A stretch of 64,000 bases of DNA from Candidatus Poriferihabitaceae bacterium. Its GTDB lineage: Bacteria; Pseudomonadota; Gammaproteobacteria; Arenicellales; Poriferihabitantaceae. Positions within the stretch are counted from its first letter, which is position 1. Each line of letters begins with the position of its first letter. The notes beneath the pieces are model-generated. The model ran no database searches. It was not told where the DNA came from and was given only the letters and a program-made list of their open reading frames with translations. The stretch is taken from contig CBDEGO010000005.1 in NCBI GenBank assembly GCA_965237995.1, positions 129,341 through 193,340 of the forward strand, read 5' to 3'. Shown here one piece after another: positions 1-10,492 of this stretch. The translations under genes and the position numbers were made by a program.

Positions 1-505
1 AGCACTTTTCAGTTCGACTCCAGCCATGCACCGCAAAACCCAATGCGCTAAGCGCTTGTGCAGCACTGCCGCCTAATTCACCCAGCCCCAATATACCGAC
101 TCGTCTGTTTGCGGCAGATACTTGTATCTTTTCACTCCATACGCCCTCTTGTTGATTGCGCTCGTAAACATCCATAAACCGGTGATAACGTAAGACATGA
201 AATAACACAAACTCGACCATCCCTGCCGTGAGTTGCTCTTCAACCATTCGAACGACAGGGATATTTGGCGGTACGCAGCCTTCTGGCTTCAAGTGATCTA
301 AACCTGCGCCAATCGAAAAGATAACCTTTAACTTCGACATCTTCGCCAGCACGCCTGGTTCTGGCTGCCATACCAAGGCATAGTCAACATCGTCCAAACG
401 ACCGTTGGGGTTCCACGGCAGCAGTGTGAGGTCAAAATCAGCAAACGCGTCTTCCCAGATCGAAAAACGATCGAAATCAGATTTAATCATCAATACCTGC
501 GACAT
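1..505 (-). CDS. 2-hydroxyacid dehydrogenase, GhrA-like glyoxylate/hydroxypyruvate reductase (N-terminal part; 3' end lies beyond window)
   Basis: Own translation of the minus strand from ATG at 505-503: MSQVLMIKSDFDRFSIWEDAF...DYALVWQPEPGVLAKMSKLKVIFSIGAGLDHL...RRVGILGLGELGGSAAQAL. It is collinear with E. coli GhrA, including the GxGxxG NAD fold. It is absent from the ORF track because it runs off the edge. Confidence 0.7.
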   Translation of the reverse strand, partial: MSQVLMIKSDFDRFSIWEDAFADFDLTLLPWNPNGRLDDVDYALVWQPEPGVLAKMSKLKVIFSIGAGLDHLKPEGCVPPNIPVVRMVEEQLTAGMVEFVLFHVLRYHRFMDVYERNQQEGVWSEKIQVSAANRRVGILGLGELGGSAAQALSALGFAVHGWSRTEKC

Positions 506-932
506 GTTTCTCAATACCTCTGGGTTATTTACGCTCTAGCTCTTGATAGAGCATTTTCGATACTTCACAGCACCTTTATTTTCGCCTAGACTGGATGCCA
601 TGCAAAGCATCGCTACTTTCACCTATTTTACCTAAAAACTGATCTTGTCAGCGTCGAATCACTACAATACGGTCAAAGCGGCGCACGAATACTAATCTGG
701 TTTCTAAACATCTAACCAAATCAGCCAATTGATACAAATGTGGATTGACAGTCTCTGATCGGAAACAACGAGGGCTTTCATGATCGACACCACCAGCTCT
801 TAATCTATTTTCAAGCCAATATGTCCTGAGCACAATTAGCGAGGCCAAACAACGTAGTACGAACTTTCAATACTCTAGTTCTACAGATAAGTGGTAATAT
901 TCGTGCGAACTACTACTCATAAATAGAAAAAT

Positions 933-1967
933 ATGCGTTTTTCAAAACGCCCCCTTATTTGGTTAGCGCTGCTAGCCTTTATTACTTCCCCAATAAGCTT
1001 AGCAGAAGACTACGGCATCGGAATTCTCACCGGCACCAATACTGGTACCTATGTGCAATTCGGGCAAAATATCGCGGCAGTAGCTAAACTTGAAGGCCTG
1101 AATGTAGAGGTTGTAACCACCGAAGGGTCAGTCGAAAACATTCAGCGCTTGATTGACAATGAAAATGCAGGCATGGCTATCGTGCAATCAGATGTGCTTG
1201 GTTATATGCGCAACTCTAAAGACCCAGAGATAAATGGTATCGCAGATAAAATTCGCTTAATTTACCCTTTTTATAACGAAGAAGTACATGTTCTTGCCAA
1301 TCGTTCAATCCAAACCTTTGAACAACTAAACGGAAAACGCGTAGCGGTAGGTTCGTTAGGCAGTGGCACCCGACTAACCGCAAATAATCTATTTCGATTA
1401 GCGGATATTAACCCCAGCGAAAAGCTAAGCGAAAGCACAGCAAAGGCATTAACTATGCTGATTACCAAGCAAATTCACGCGATGATTTACGTCGCCGGCA
1501 AGCCAGTAAAGCTATTTGAAATGCTAGATACTGAAAATTGGTCAGCAGAACTTAAAACTCTGATTAAAGACTTGCATTTTTTGCCGTTAAACAACGAAGC
1601 ATTTAATAATAACTATATCTCTTCTTCAATTTCTCCAGAGGATTACCACTTTATCAAAAGCCCCGTTGATACCGTCGCAATAAAATCTATGCTGGTGAGT
1701 TTTGACTATTCTAGTCGCCAAAATATCTACCAAAATATTCGCTGCGATCAATTAGTTCAGATCGACAAAGCCATTCGTAATAACATCGACACGCTACGTG
1801 AAAACGGTCATACGAAGTGGAAAGAGGTAGATCTAGACCTTCAAGTCGCTGACTGGAAGAAAAACCGTTGCTCGGCTAATGAGGCAATCGTCAGCATCAA
1901 ACCCGTTAAGGTCTCAGAACAACTAAGTGCTGAAATGCAATGTGCATTCTTTAATAACTGCGAATAA
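933..1967 (+). CDS. TAXI-family TRAP transporter solute-binding protein (orphan, with C-terminal extension)
   Basis: Signal peptide, then GTNTGTYVQFGQNIA...TTEGSVENIQRL...AIVQSDVL...EEVHVLA...GSLGSGT, a pattern typical of TAXI/immunogenic-protein receptors. No permease gene is adjacent. Confidence 0.65.
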   Translation: MRFSKRPLIWLALLAFITSPISLAEDYGIGILTGTNTGTYVQFGQNIAAVAKLEGLNVEVVTTEGSVENIQRLIDNENAGMAIVQSDVLGYMRNSKDPEINGIADKIRLIYPFYNEEVHVLANRSIQTFEQLNGKRVAVGSLGSGTRLTANNLFRLADINPSEKLSESTAKALTMLITKQIHAMIYVAGKPVKLFEMLDTENWSAELKTLIKDLHFLPLNNEAFNNNYISSSISPEDYHFIKSPVDTVAIKSMLVSFDYSSRQNIYQNIRCDQLVQIDKAIRNNIDTLRENGHTKWKEVDLDLQVADWKKNRCSANEAIVSIKPVKVSEQLSAEMQCAFFNNCE

Positions 1968-2047
1968 TATCTCAAATAGTATGGCCGTCTAATTGGAATT
2001 TTAGATGCCGCCAAGCCCGATATAGGATACAAGAAGGGGAATTAATC

Positions 2048-2374
2048 CTAGTGCCCGAATTGCACTTTTAGATGATACAAACCTTGCTGGTCCCGCGCAA
2101 AAGCTTGCTCTATGGCTGGATGCCCAACAGGGATATCAGATTCATCAACCACTAAGTTTTGCTCTGAAACATACGCCTCATAAGGAGATTCGTCGTTCTC
2201 AGCGAATAGATGATAAAACGGCTGATCTTTTTCTGGACGCACTTCTTCAGGGATCGACTGATACCAATCCTCTGTATTGCTGAAGGTCGGGTCTACATCG
2301 TAAATAACACCACGAAAATCATAGTGGCGATGCTTAACCACTTGCCCTATATTAAATTTTGCAGTTCTTAACAT
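2048..2374 (-). CDS. hspQ: Heat shock protein HspQ (YccV hemimethylated-DNA-binding domain)
   Basis: AKFNIGQVVKHRHYDFRGVIYDVDP...PFYHLFAEN. Full-length resemblance to HspQ; 108 aa. Confidence 0.85.
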   Translation of the reverse strand: MLRTAKFNIGQVVKHRHYDFRGVIYDVDPTFSNTEDWYQSIPEEVRPEKDQPFYHLFAENDESPYEAYVSEQNLVVDESDIPVGHPAIEQAFARDQQGLYHLKVQFGH

Positions 2375-2494
2375 TTGAATATTGTCTGTAACTTACACTC
2401 TAAAATAACATCTGCTTTCAAAACTTCAAGCACCATTTATCATTCAACTGCATTCATTTTTTATGCAACCGCAACAACACCACTGACCAATCAA

Positions 2495-3133
2495 ATGGCA
2501 ACTCCTCTGTTTAAAAAGCAACAAGTCGCATTGCAGCAAGCACTACAGCAAGCAGCGCGACTCGACCCTGATATCGAGCAAGTAATTAAAAGTCATGGAT
2601 ATCCAGAGCCACGACACCGAGAAAATAGTCTGTCGACGCTGCTACAAATCATTGTATCTCAACAACTTTCCACTCAATCTGCCGCGGCTATCTGGAGTAG
2701 AGTGATCGCCTTGATACAAGATGAAATAACCGCCGATAAGCTTTTATCCTACTCGGATCAAGCGCTGAGAGACTGTGGACTATCCTGGAGAAAAGTTGAA
2801 TACGCGAAAGCACTCGCCCTACAAATACAAAGCCAAGAAATAAACTTAGAGCAACTTGCCACACAAGAGCTTGAAGACATTGTCGCCACGCTCACCAAAA
2901 TCAAAGGGTTTGGTCGATGGTCTGCGGAAATTTATGCCATGTTCTCTTTACAGCACCCAGATATTTATCCTGCGGGTGACCTCGCCTTACAAATCGCCAT
3001 CCAACGCCTAAAAAAATTAGATGAACGCCCCAGCGAACAACAAACCCGTGACATTGCTAAGCAATGGTCTCCTCACCAAAGTGCAGTGTCTTTATTGATG
3101 TGGCACTACTACGGTAGCGCCACTCTAGACTGA
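2495..3133 (+). CDS. DNA-3-methyladenine glycosylase II family protein (HhH-GPD, short AlkA-like)
   Basis: HhH-GPD signature IKGFGRWSAEIYAMFSLQHPDIYPAGDLALQ. I moved the start to the internal ATG at 2495 (MATPLFKKQ). The 40-aa leader of the track ORF abuts the hspQ start and looks non-coding. Confidence 0.7.
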   Translation: MATPLFKKQQVALQQALQQAARLDPDIEQVIKSHGYPEPRHRENSLSTLLQIIVSQQLSTQSAAAIWSRVIALIQDEITADKLLSYSDQALRDCGLSWRKVEYAKALALQIQSQEINLEQLATQELEDIVATLTKIKGFGRWSAEIYAMFSLQHPDIYPAGDLALQIAIQRLKKLDERPSEQQTRDIAKQWSPHQSAVSLLMWHYYGSATLD

Positions 3134-3157
3134 ACAATCGCCTCAGAAACATCGGGC

Positions 3158-5470
3158 TTACTTTTCGTTGATAATCGGCACCGTCAATTCTTGCCCGACA
3201 CGCAAGGTACCCACTTGCGGGTTAAATCGCAATAACAGCCATAGGGGCACATCATGCTTGTTGGCAATCGCACCCAAGCTTTGTCCTTGTTTAACCCGAA
3301 TTGTTTTTTCACCTTCTAGTATAAAGCGATCTTTAAATTCCTCAGATAGCACTTGATGATATTCACTGCGGCGACTTTCGAATTGAATAATTCGTTGAGA
3401 GCTTACTCTTGGAAAAATTATTTTTTCACCCAAACCAATCACCGAAGAGGTTGATAAACCGTTCAACCGACGCATGCCACTGGTGTTGCGGATGCCCAGC
3501 CAATCGCTGTAGTGACCCAAAGTTTCATTTGGCAACACCTTAATACTCTGCCTGCCATTGCTGGTCCTCACCTTAATCTCGCCTAAGTTATCTATACGAT
3601 TGGCCCACTGTAACTGCGAGGCCGAAGTAGACGAAGCCGCAAGCAGACTAGACCCACTGGGTATCTTAAGCATCTGCCCAACTTTGATCAGGCCTTTCTT
3701 GTTTAGCTTATTTTCTCGACGAAGTTTAGAGCAAGCCAAGTCAAACCGAGCCGCAATTTGGCACAAGGTATCACCGCGTCGTACTTTGTAGCGCGTCGCC
3801 TTCGCTGTTGCGACAAAGTTCGATGACGAAGCCGCTAACTGCACACCCGGAATACGTAATTTTTGCCCAACCAAAATTTTTCCTTTACGCCCTAATTTAT
3901 TTAGCCTGATCAGTTCTTTGCAAGAGGCTCCAAATCGTTGGGCAATTTTACAGGCGCTGTCACCACGTTTAACGCGATATAAACCTGATGCTGTGCTAAC
4001 TGCAGCAGCCACCTGGGTACTTGCGGTTGCTACTCTAACTGGAATATCTAAGCGCTGCCCTACTCTAATTTTCCCCTTGCGCCCTAAATTATTAGCGCTG
4101 ATTAAGTCCTTACATTTAACTTTAAAAGCCGAGGCAATTGCGCAAGCCGTATCGCCGCGACGCACACGATAAATTGATTTATTCACGGGTTGCGCTTCAG
4201 GTTTTAATGCTCGCAAACCAGCAATCTGCTTTTTCCATCCAGCTTGATCGACTGGCAAACGCAAGCGATAGCCTGCAGGGATTAAACGCCAGTTATTCCA
4301 AACAAACCGTGTCAACGCAGGGTTCAATGCCTTCAACTGCGCACTGGACAAGTTAAATTGACGCTTGATACGCGTAATAGACACGTCATCTTGCAAAATA
4401 AACGTTTGATAGTTAACCGGGGTTAAGGTCTTAATTTTCGGAAAGTACGTGTCTGCATGAATAGCTAAATGTCGAGCAGCCAAAAAGCTTGCATAAAAAT
4501 TCTTGACCGCCACTTGGAAGTTTGCCGACTTATAATTATTCAGCACCTTATAAAAATCAGGGCCAATTTGCTTGATTGCGCGGCGCATTCCATTCACCCC
4601 ATAGTTATATGACGTCACCATAAACGGGTTGAGCTCCGCGCTAGCGATATTGGGTTTAAGCTCTCTCGCTGCGCTACCCAAGCTCTTTTTCGCTTTTTTA
4701 AAGTAGCGCATTGCTGCGCGGGTTGCCGCTTCTGGATCGAGCCTTTCGTCTAAGGTTGCGTTTAATTCCATCCCCAACGACCGAGCGGTATTTGGCATGA
4801 TTTGCCACATCCCTGCAGCACCAACTTTCGAGTATGCATCGGGGCGATAAGATGACTCAACAAAAGGCAAATACACCAATTCTTGTGGCATGCCCGCCTC
4901 TTGAATTATTCGGCTTGTCATTGGCGAATACCGAGCAAACCTGGCTAACGCCGGCTCATATTGATCTTTAACGCCTAGCTGACAACGCAGATTGTCAGCA
5001 GATGAGCGTACATTTTTACTATTCAAGCGCTCAAATTGCCGCGCCAAATGCGATTGAATTTTTCCTTGTGGAGCACGGTCTAATCTAAGGTTTTCGGCTA
5101 ATGCAAGCAGATTAGCTTTCAGGCGCTTACGTTTGTTTTTAGCCACCCTTTTAGTGCAGCTTGAAGCACCATCAATTACTTCAAAAACGCGCCACGGAGA
5201 GTTAGCGTCATGCAGTATCGCTTGGTTTTTATCCCAACGGCTGAACACCTCAACCCAAAAATCGACTCTACGTTTGATCTGTGGCGGGCATGGAAACTCA
5301 GCAGAGCAATTTAATTGATGATGTCGAACTAAAGTTTGCGCGTGAAGCGGCCCATTAAACAAATAGGGCAGCACGACAATGAGACCTGCGAGCGCAAGCA
5401 ACCACCGCCTCGGCGCGCACGCCCGAAACTGCGAAATAGTTTTCAATAGAAGAAACTGCATATTAATCAA
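3158..5470 (-). CDS. mltD: Membrane-bound lytic murein transglycosylase D with multiple LysM repeats
   Basis: SLT catalytic block YLPFVESSYRPDAYSKVGAAGMWQIMPNTAR. Repeated LysM units follow (YRVRRGDTACAIA, YRVKRGDSACKIA, YKVRRGDTLCQIA, IRVKQGQSLGAIA). Confidence 0.85.
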   Translation of the reverse strand: MINMQFLLLKTISQFRACAPRRWLLALAGLIVVLPYLFNGPLHAQTLVRHHQLNCSAEFPCPPQIKRRVDFWVEVFSRWDKNQAILHDANSPWRVFEVIDGASSCTKRVAKNKRKRLKANLLALAENLRLDRAPQGKIQSHLARQFERLNSKNVRSSADNLRCQLGVKDQYEPALARFARYSPMTSRIIQEAGMPQELVYLPFVESSYRPDAYSKVGAAGMWQIMPNTARSLGMELNATLDERLDPEAATRAAMRYFKKAKKSLGSAARELKPNIASAELNPFMVTSYNYGVNGMRRAIKQIGPDFYKVLNNYKSANFQVAVKNFYASFLAARHLAIHADTYFPKIKTLTPVNYQTFILQDDVSITRIKRQFNLSSAQLKALNPALTRFVWNNWRLIPAGYRLRLPVDQAGWKKQIAGLRALKPEAQPVNKSIYRVRRGDTACAIASAFKVKCKDLISANNLGRKGKIRVGQRLDIPVRVATASTQVAAAVSTASGLYRVKRGDSACKIAQRFGASCKELIRLNKLGRKGKILVGQKLRIPGVQLAASSSNFVATAKATRYKVRRGDTLCQIAARFDLACSKLRRENKLNKKGLIKVGQMLKIPSGSSLLAASSTSASQLQWANRIDNLGEIKVRTSNGRQSIKVLPNETLGHYSDWLGIRNTSGMRRLNGLSTSSVIGLGEKIIFPRVSSQRIIQFESRRSEYHQVLSEEFKDRFILEGEKTIRVKQGQSLGAIANKHDVPLWLLLRFNPQVGTLRVGQELTVPIINEK

Positions 5471-5576
5471 GTAAACTATTTTAGGCAGACTAAGTTATTT
5501 AAGCGAAACCCTATGCTAAACCGTTTTCGTTTTACTGTAAAATTAAATCCTATTTAATCACTTTCCATTCAGCTTA

Positions 5577-7415
5577 ATGGGCGCACTTGTCGACGTAACT
5601 ACACCGGAACAGCAACAAACTTTAATTGACGGCCTGACTGCACTGCTTAGTGACAAAAAAGGGATCGATGAAGCAGTAGCTAAACAACTGCGTAAAGCCG
5701 CAGACAGCATGACAGCGGCGCAAACAATTGAAGGTTCTGAACTTGATGCAAGCTTATCGGAAACAGCAGAAAAATTACTAACTGAAGTTCGCGAAAAAAC
5801 CCATAAACAAATTGAACGCCGCGAGCAAGACTATGAAAAAGTCGTCACCTTATTAGACGAGGCGGACAAGTCGATTAAAGGCAACGAGTTAAGCAAGGCC
5901 GAGGAGTCGGTACATAAACTATTGTCCATACTCGGCACGATACCGGGCTTGTCTGATCAACGCAGACTGAAAATAGATAAGCGCCTCAATCGTATTCAAC
6001 CTCAAATGCGTAAGCTTGAATCGTGGCGCCATTGGGGCACTAGCCAAGCTCGGCAAGACTTAATCGACCAAGTCAAATTACTGGTTGGTTCACGCCTACA
6101 CCCACAAGAGCTAGCCAAAACAATAGAAGACGCACGCAACCAATGGCGCGACTGGGACAAAGGAGGAGACCACTCAAAGCAAGCGCTGTGGACCGAGTTC
6201 GATAACGCCTGTAAAGAAGCCTTTATTCCCTGCAAAGCGTACTTTGACGAGCGTAAAAAAGCCCGTAAAGGTGCACTCGAACAGCGCCGCGCAATCATCG
6301 AGACCATCAACAAGCGCTACGAAGATACAGATTGGAAGTCACCCGATTACAAAGATATCGATAAATGGTTACGCGCGCAACGCCGAGATTTCTTTAAAAC
6401 CGAAAACGTTGATTTTAAACATCGAAAGAAAATCATCTCGGCATTGGACGAAGCAGTCGGTCAGTTTGAAACACACCTTTCGCGCGAGCGTACGCGGTGC
6501 TTTAAGACACGGCAAAAACTAGTCGAAGACGTTCAGGCATTAGAACAACTTGAAGACAATAAAGCCGCCATGGATCAGCTTGAAACACTGAAAAAAGGCT
6601 GGGTGGTGACCGTCATAGAAAAGCGTGGCATGGAAGATAAACTCTGGAAGCAATATCAAAAAGTCTGTGACGCTATTTACGCAAAACGTAAGGAAGCACG
6701 TAAAGAGCAAGACAGTCAATTCAATCAAAACCTGAAAGACAAAAATGCGCTGATAGAACAAATGAGCCAGGTGGTAACGCTTGATCCTCTAGTAATGTTG
6801 AATGAACGCTCTCAGTTTAATCAACTAGTCGATCAATATAAAGAAATCGGCTATGTCCCTAGAAAGCACGAAAAGCCGGTGCAAAACCGCTTTAACCAAA
6901 TGCGTAAGCAGTTTGACAAGGCTTTGCTTGCTGGGGAAAGCGCTAAGCAAAACGAGGCTTTAAATCAGTTAGTTGCACAATCTATATTGTGTAGCCAACT
7001 AGAAGCGGCCATTCAATCAGGGAAGAGCGTTGATTCAATAACGAAAAAATGGCCAGAAAGTGACGTACTAAGCCAAATGCAACAACGTTATGAAATGGCT
7101 CTGCAAGCAAGCGCGGGCAGCGGCTTTGATGATAAGGAACTAAATGCAAGCCATGAAGCCAAACTAGAACTTTGCTTAAAGCTAGAAGTACACTACGACC
7201 TTGATTCACCTGCTGAATTTCAACAGCAAAGAATGGCTTATCAAATACAGCGGCTTTCAGCTTCAATGAAAAAAAACACCGCGGCGCAAGACCAACCAGA
7301 GCAGTTAATTATCCAGATGTTGTGTTTAGGCGCTGTTCCAGCCGAACATAGCGCCGCAATACAAACTAGAATGCAAACCTGCTTCGACAAACACCTACAA
7401 TCAACACAGCAATGA
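5577..7415 (+). CDS. DUF349 domain-containing protein (helical repeat protein)
   Basis: Repeated K/E/Q-rich helical units with W..W spacing (WRHWGTSQARQDLI, WRDWDKGGD, LWTEFDNACKEAF, LWKQYQKVCDAIY), as in DUF349 repeats. The start is uncertain. Confidence 0.6.
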   Translation: MGALVDVTTPEQQQTLIDGLTALLSDKKGIDEAVAKQLRKAADSMTAAQTIEGSELDASLSETAEKLLTEVREKTHKQIERREQDYEKVVTLLDEADKSIKGNELSKAEESVHKLLSILGTIPGLSDQRRLKIDKRLNRIQPQMRKLESWRHWGTSQARQDLIDQVKLLVGSRLHPQELAKTIEDARNQWRDWDKGGDHSKQALWTEFDNACKEAFIPCKAYFDERKKARKGALEQRRAIIETINKRYEDTDWKSPDYKDIDKWLRAQRRDFFKTENVDFKHRKKIISALDEAVGQFETHLSRERTRCFKTRQKLVEDVQALEQLEDNKAAMDQLETLKKGWVVTVIEKRGMEDKLWKQYQKVCDAIYAKRKEARKEQDSQFNQNLKDKNALIEQMSQVVTLDPLVMLNERSQFNQLVDQYKEIGYVPRKHEKPVQNRFNQMRKQFDKALLAGESAKQNEALNQLVAQSILCSQLEAAIQSGKSVDSITKKWPESDVLSQMQQRYEMALQASAGSGFDDKELNASHEAKLELCLKLEVHYDLDSPAEFQQQRMAYQIQRLSASMKKNTAAQDQPEQLIIQMLCLGAVPAEHSAAIQTRMQTCFDKHLQSTQQ

Positions 7416-8932
7416 GTTTAATTAAGCAAGACGACTTTATCGCCAGTGTCGCTGACGCCTTACAATATATTTCGTATTATCACAGCCAAGACTTCATTGA
7501 GGCCATGCATCAAGCTTGGCAAATTGAGCAATCACCATCGGCTAAAGACGCAATAGCTCAGATTCTAATCAACTCGAAAATGGCCGCGGTGGGTAAACGC
7601 CCGATTTGCCAAGATACGGGTATCGTGGTGGCATTTATTAAAGTCGGGATGGATGTTCGCTTTGACACGGCACTGAGCTTGCAAGAACTGGTTGATGAGG
7701 GTGTCCGCCAGGCTTATAGCAATCCTGACAACCCTTTACGCCACTCCGTTGTGTCACCGCCGTTTGGCAAACGGATTAATACGGGCGATAACGCACCTGC
7801 CGTGGTTTATACAGAATTAGTGCAAGGTGACGGCGTCGACATAAAAATTGCAGCAAAAGGCGGGGGTTCAGAAAACAAAAGTAAATTCACCGTCATTAAT
7901 CCGAGCGATAGCATTGTGGATTGGGTAACAGAAACCGTGCCTAAAATGGGCGCGGGCTGGTGTCCGCCGGGCGTATTAGGTATTGGCATTGGCGGGTCGA
8001 CTGAAAAGGCGATGGTACTCGCTAAGGAATCTTTACTCGATCCTATCGACATCACTGAGCTCATTGCACGAGGCCCTGATAACCCAGAGGAAGAACTGCG
8101 TCTTGACATTATGGACGCTGTTAATCAATTAGGGATTGGGGCGCAAGGGCTAGGCGGTCTCACAACGGTTCTGGACGTCAAAATAAATGCCTACCCGACG
8201 CACGCGGCATCTTTACCCATCGCGATGATTCCAAATTGCGCAGCGACGCGCCATATACATTTTCACTTAGATGGCTCAGGGCCCGCGATTCTCACCCCAC
8301 CGGACTTAAACAATTGGCCTGACGTCAACCAGTCTAGTGACGACGTGGGCACGCCTGTGAATATTAATACGATTACCCAAGCCGAAGTAGAGCGTTGGCA
8401 ACCTGGCCAACCTTTGTTGTTATCTGGGTCAATATTGACTGGCCGCGATGCGGCGCATAAACGCATTGCACAGTTGTTAGATAATGGCGAACCTCTCCCA
8501 GTCGAATTCAAAAACCGTTTTATCTATTACGTAGGCCCAGTCGACCCAATTGAAGGCGAAGCCGTCGGCCCCGCTGGCCCGACGACCGCCACGCGTATGG
8601 ATAAATTCACCGAAATGATGCTGGGCGATCAAGTCGGCGTTATGGGAATGATTGGCAAAGCAGAACGCGGAGATGCGGCAATTGACGTGATCAAAAACCA
8701 TAAATCTGTGTATTTAATCGCTGTCGGTGGTGCAGCCTATTTGGTGTCCAAAGCAATAAAAAATGCCAAGGTGCTCGCATTTGAAGACATGGGTATGGAA
8801 GCAATCTACGAATTTGAAGTAGAAAATATGCCCGTCACTGTCGCGGTCGATTCAACTGGTGATGCCGTACACAAAAGTGGCCCTAAAAACTGGAAAGGAA
8901 AAGCACAACCTATTCGTGTGCAATTACACTAG
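7412..8932 (+). CDS. fumA: Fumarate hydratase, class I (Fe-S dependent, fused alpha/beta type)
   Basis: PICQDTGIVVAF, AAKGGGSENKSKF, NCAATRH and the C-terminal beta-domain GPAGPTTATRMD. 506 aa. 4-nt overlap with the upstream ORF. Confidence 0.85.
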   Translation: MSLIKQDDFIASVADALQYISYYHSQDFIEAMHQAWQIEQSPSAKDAIAQILINSKMAAVGKRPICQDTGIVVAFIKVGMDVRFDTALSLQELVDEGVRQAYSNPDNPLRHSVVSPPFGKRINTGDNAPAVVYTELVQGDGVDIKIAAKGGGSENKSKFTVINPSDSIVDWVTETVPKMGAGWCPPGVLGIGIGGSTEKAMVLAKESLLDPIDITELIARGPDNPEEELRLDIMDAVNQLGIGAQGLGGLTTVLDVKINAYPTHAASLPIAMIPNCAATRHIHFHLDGSGPAILTPPDLNNWPDVNQSSDDVGTPVNINTITQAEVERWQPGQPLLLSGSILTGRDAAHKRIAQLLDNGEPLPVEFKNRFIYYVGPVDPIEGEAVGPAGPTTATRMDKFTEMMLGDQVGVMGMIGKAERGDAAIDVIKNHKSVYLIAVGGAAYLVSKAIKNAKVLAFEDMGMEAIYEFEVENMPVTVAVDSTGDAVHKSGPKNWKGKAQPIRVQLH

Positions 8933-8941
8933 CGCAGCGCA

Positions 8942-9850
8942 TTGAGTGAAGTTAGCTCTTTCGCGCACCCGCGCTATTGGTCAAGCTGGTTTGTCGTAGG
9001 CTTATTACGATTATTGGCCTTATTGCCATTTTGTGTAATCTACGCAATCAGCGCCGTACTCGGCGAGTTGTTATTCGCACTTGTCGCCTCGCGCCGTAAG
9101 ATCACCCTCACCAACCTACGTTTATGCTTCCCTGAAAAATCTGAAGCAGAGCGTAAATCTATTGCGCGCAGACACTTTCGCTTATTGGTGTGCAGCATTC
9201 TAGCGATGGGGTTATTCTGGTGGGGGTCGGCAAAGCGCTTAAAACGCTTGGTTCGACTAGAAGGCTTAGAGCATTTACATAACGCGAAAGAACAAAATGA
9301 AAACGTAATTTTGCTCGCACCGCATTTCGTGGCTTTGGATGCAGGCGGTATCGCCCTGTCTATAGAACACCCAATGACTAGCATGTATCAAACCAATCGC
9401 AACCCCTTGTTTAATCGCCTTTCCATACAGCAACGGGGAAGGTTCAACATTACTATGTTCGACCGTAAAGCACCACTTACAAGCTTAATTCGACAAATTC
9501 GCAGTGGCAAACCATTCTATTATTTACCCGATCAAAATGCAGGGGCAAAACATGGTATTTTCGCGCCATTTTTTGGTATCGAAGCTTCAACCTTCCCCGC
9601 ATTAGGTAAAATCGCAAGCGCGGGCAAAGCGGTGGTTATTCCATGCAGTAATCGTATTTTACCGTGGGGTAAAGGCATCGAAACGAAACTCTACGCGCCG
9701 TTAGAGCATTTCCCGCAAGGTGACCCACTGGCTGATACCACCGCAATGAACAAGGTGGTTGAACAACTGGCAGAAGAGCATATCGACGATTACCTGTGGT
9801 CACACAAACGCTTTAAACGCCGCCCTGAAGGAGAAGAGAGTCTTTACTGA
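8942..9850 (+). CDS. lpxL: Lipid A biosynthesis lauroyl/myristoyl acyltransferase (LpxL/LpxM family)
   Basis: Collinear with E. coli LpxL: HPRYW..W, NLRLCFPEKSEAER, APHF (HX4D-type region), YYLPDQN, WSHKRFKRRPEGE. TTG start. Confidence 0.8.
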   Translation: MSEVSSFAHPRYWSSWFVVGLLRLLALLPFCVIYAISAVLGELLFALVASRRKITLTNLRLCFPEKSEAERKSIARRHFRLLVCSILAMGLFWWGSAKRLKRLVRLEGLEHLHNAKEQNENVILLAPHFVALDAGGIALSIEHPMTSMYQTNRNPLFNRLSIQQRGRFNITMFDRKAPLTSLIRQIRSGKPFYYLPDQNAGAKHGIFAPFFGIEASTFPALGKIASAGKAVVIPCSNRILPWGKGIETKLYAPLEHFPQGDPLADTTAMNKVVEQLAEEHIDDYLWSHKRFKRRPEGEESLY

Positions 9851-10479
9851 TGATGACCTTCGATACTTGGAGCCTTTTTGCTTTAGCGATATTAGCCGCT
9901 TCGATCTCACCGGGACCTAATGTGTTGATTGTCAACACCGTTAGGTACGGCTTTCGCGGTGCATTTTTCACCATCTTAGGCAACTTAACTGCGCTTTTCT
10001 TTGTCGCTTCGTTAGCAGCTTTAGGGGTCGGCACACTGATTAAAACCATGCCTATCGCCTATATCATGATGAAATGGGTTGGCGGTGCTTACTTAATTTG
10101 GATGGGTTATAAATTGATTGCCTCTTCTTTCATGCTAACAAGTTCACAAGCTAAACCCATCGAACATCACCAGACCAATCCACGCTCTAGCGCAGTCTAT
10201 TCTCAAGCGATCGCAGTTTCATTGAGCAACCCTAAATCCATACTATTTTTATCGGCCGTCTTTCCTCAGTTCCTATCCACCGATCAAGCCATTATTCCCC
10301 AATTTGCGGTGATGTTCGCTAGCATCATTTTTGTTGTTGCACTGGTGCATGGAATATACGCGTGGTCCAGTTTATGGCTAAAAGACAAGCCATTGGGGCA
10401 ATCGACCAGAAAGTGGTTAGCTAGACTAACAGGCGGCGCTTTTATTGGTTTAGGTAGTGCCGTTGCCTTTAACGAATAA
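9850..10479 (+). CDS. LysE/RhtB family amino-acid exporter
   Basis: 209 aa with about 6 hydrophobic segments. N-terminal SPGPN motif and mid-protein NPKSILF motif typical of the LysE family. Confidence 0.75.
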   Translation: MMTFDTWSLFALAILAASISPGPNVLIVNTVRYGFRGAFFTILGNLTALFFVASLAALGVGTLIKTMPIAYIMMKWVGGAYLIWMGYKLIASSFMLTSSQAKPIEHHQTNPRSSAVYSQAIAVSLSNPKSILFLSAVFPQFLSTDQAIIPQFAVMFASIIFVVALVHGIYAWSSLWLKDKPLGQSTRKWLARLTGGAFIGLGSAVAFNE

Positions 10480-10492
10480 TCGATACACTTCT

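Noticed and set aside
648-848. 66-aa minus-strand ORF in the 427-bp spacer upstream of the TAXI gene
   Set aside because: It has no RBS, an Arg/Leu-rich translation and no family resemblance. The spacer is more likely promoter or regulatory DNA.
2375-2494. 40-codon leader of the AlkA-like ORF starting exactly at the hspQ start
   Set aside because: This region must hold the divergent promoters. The leader is hydrophobic and low-complexity and is not part of the HhH-GPD fold.
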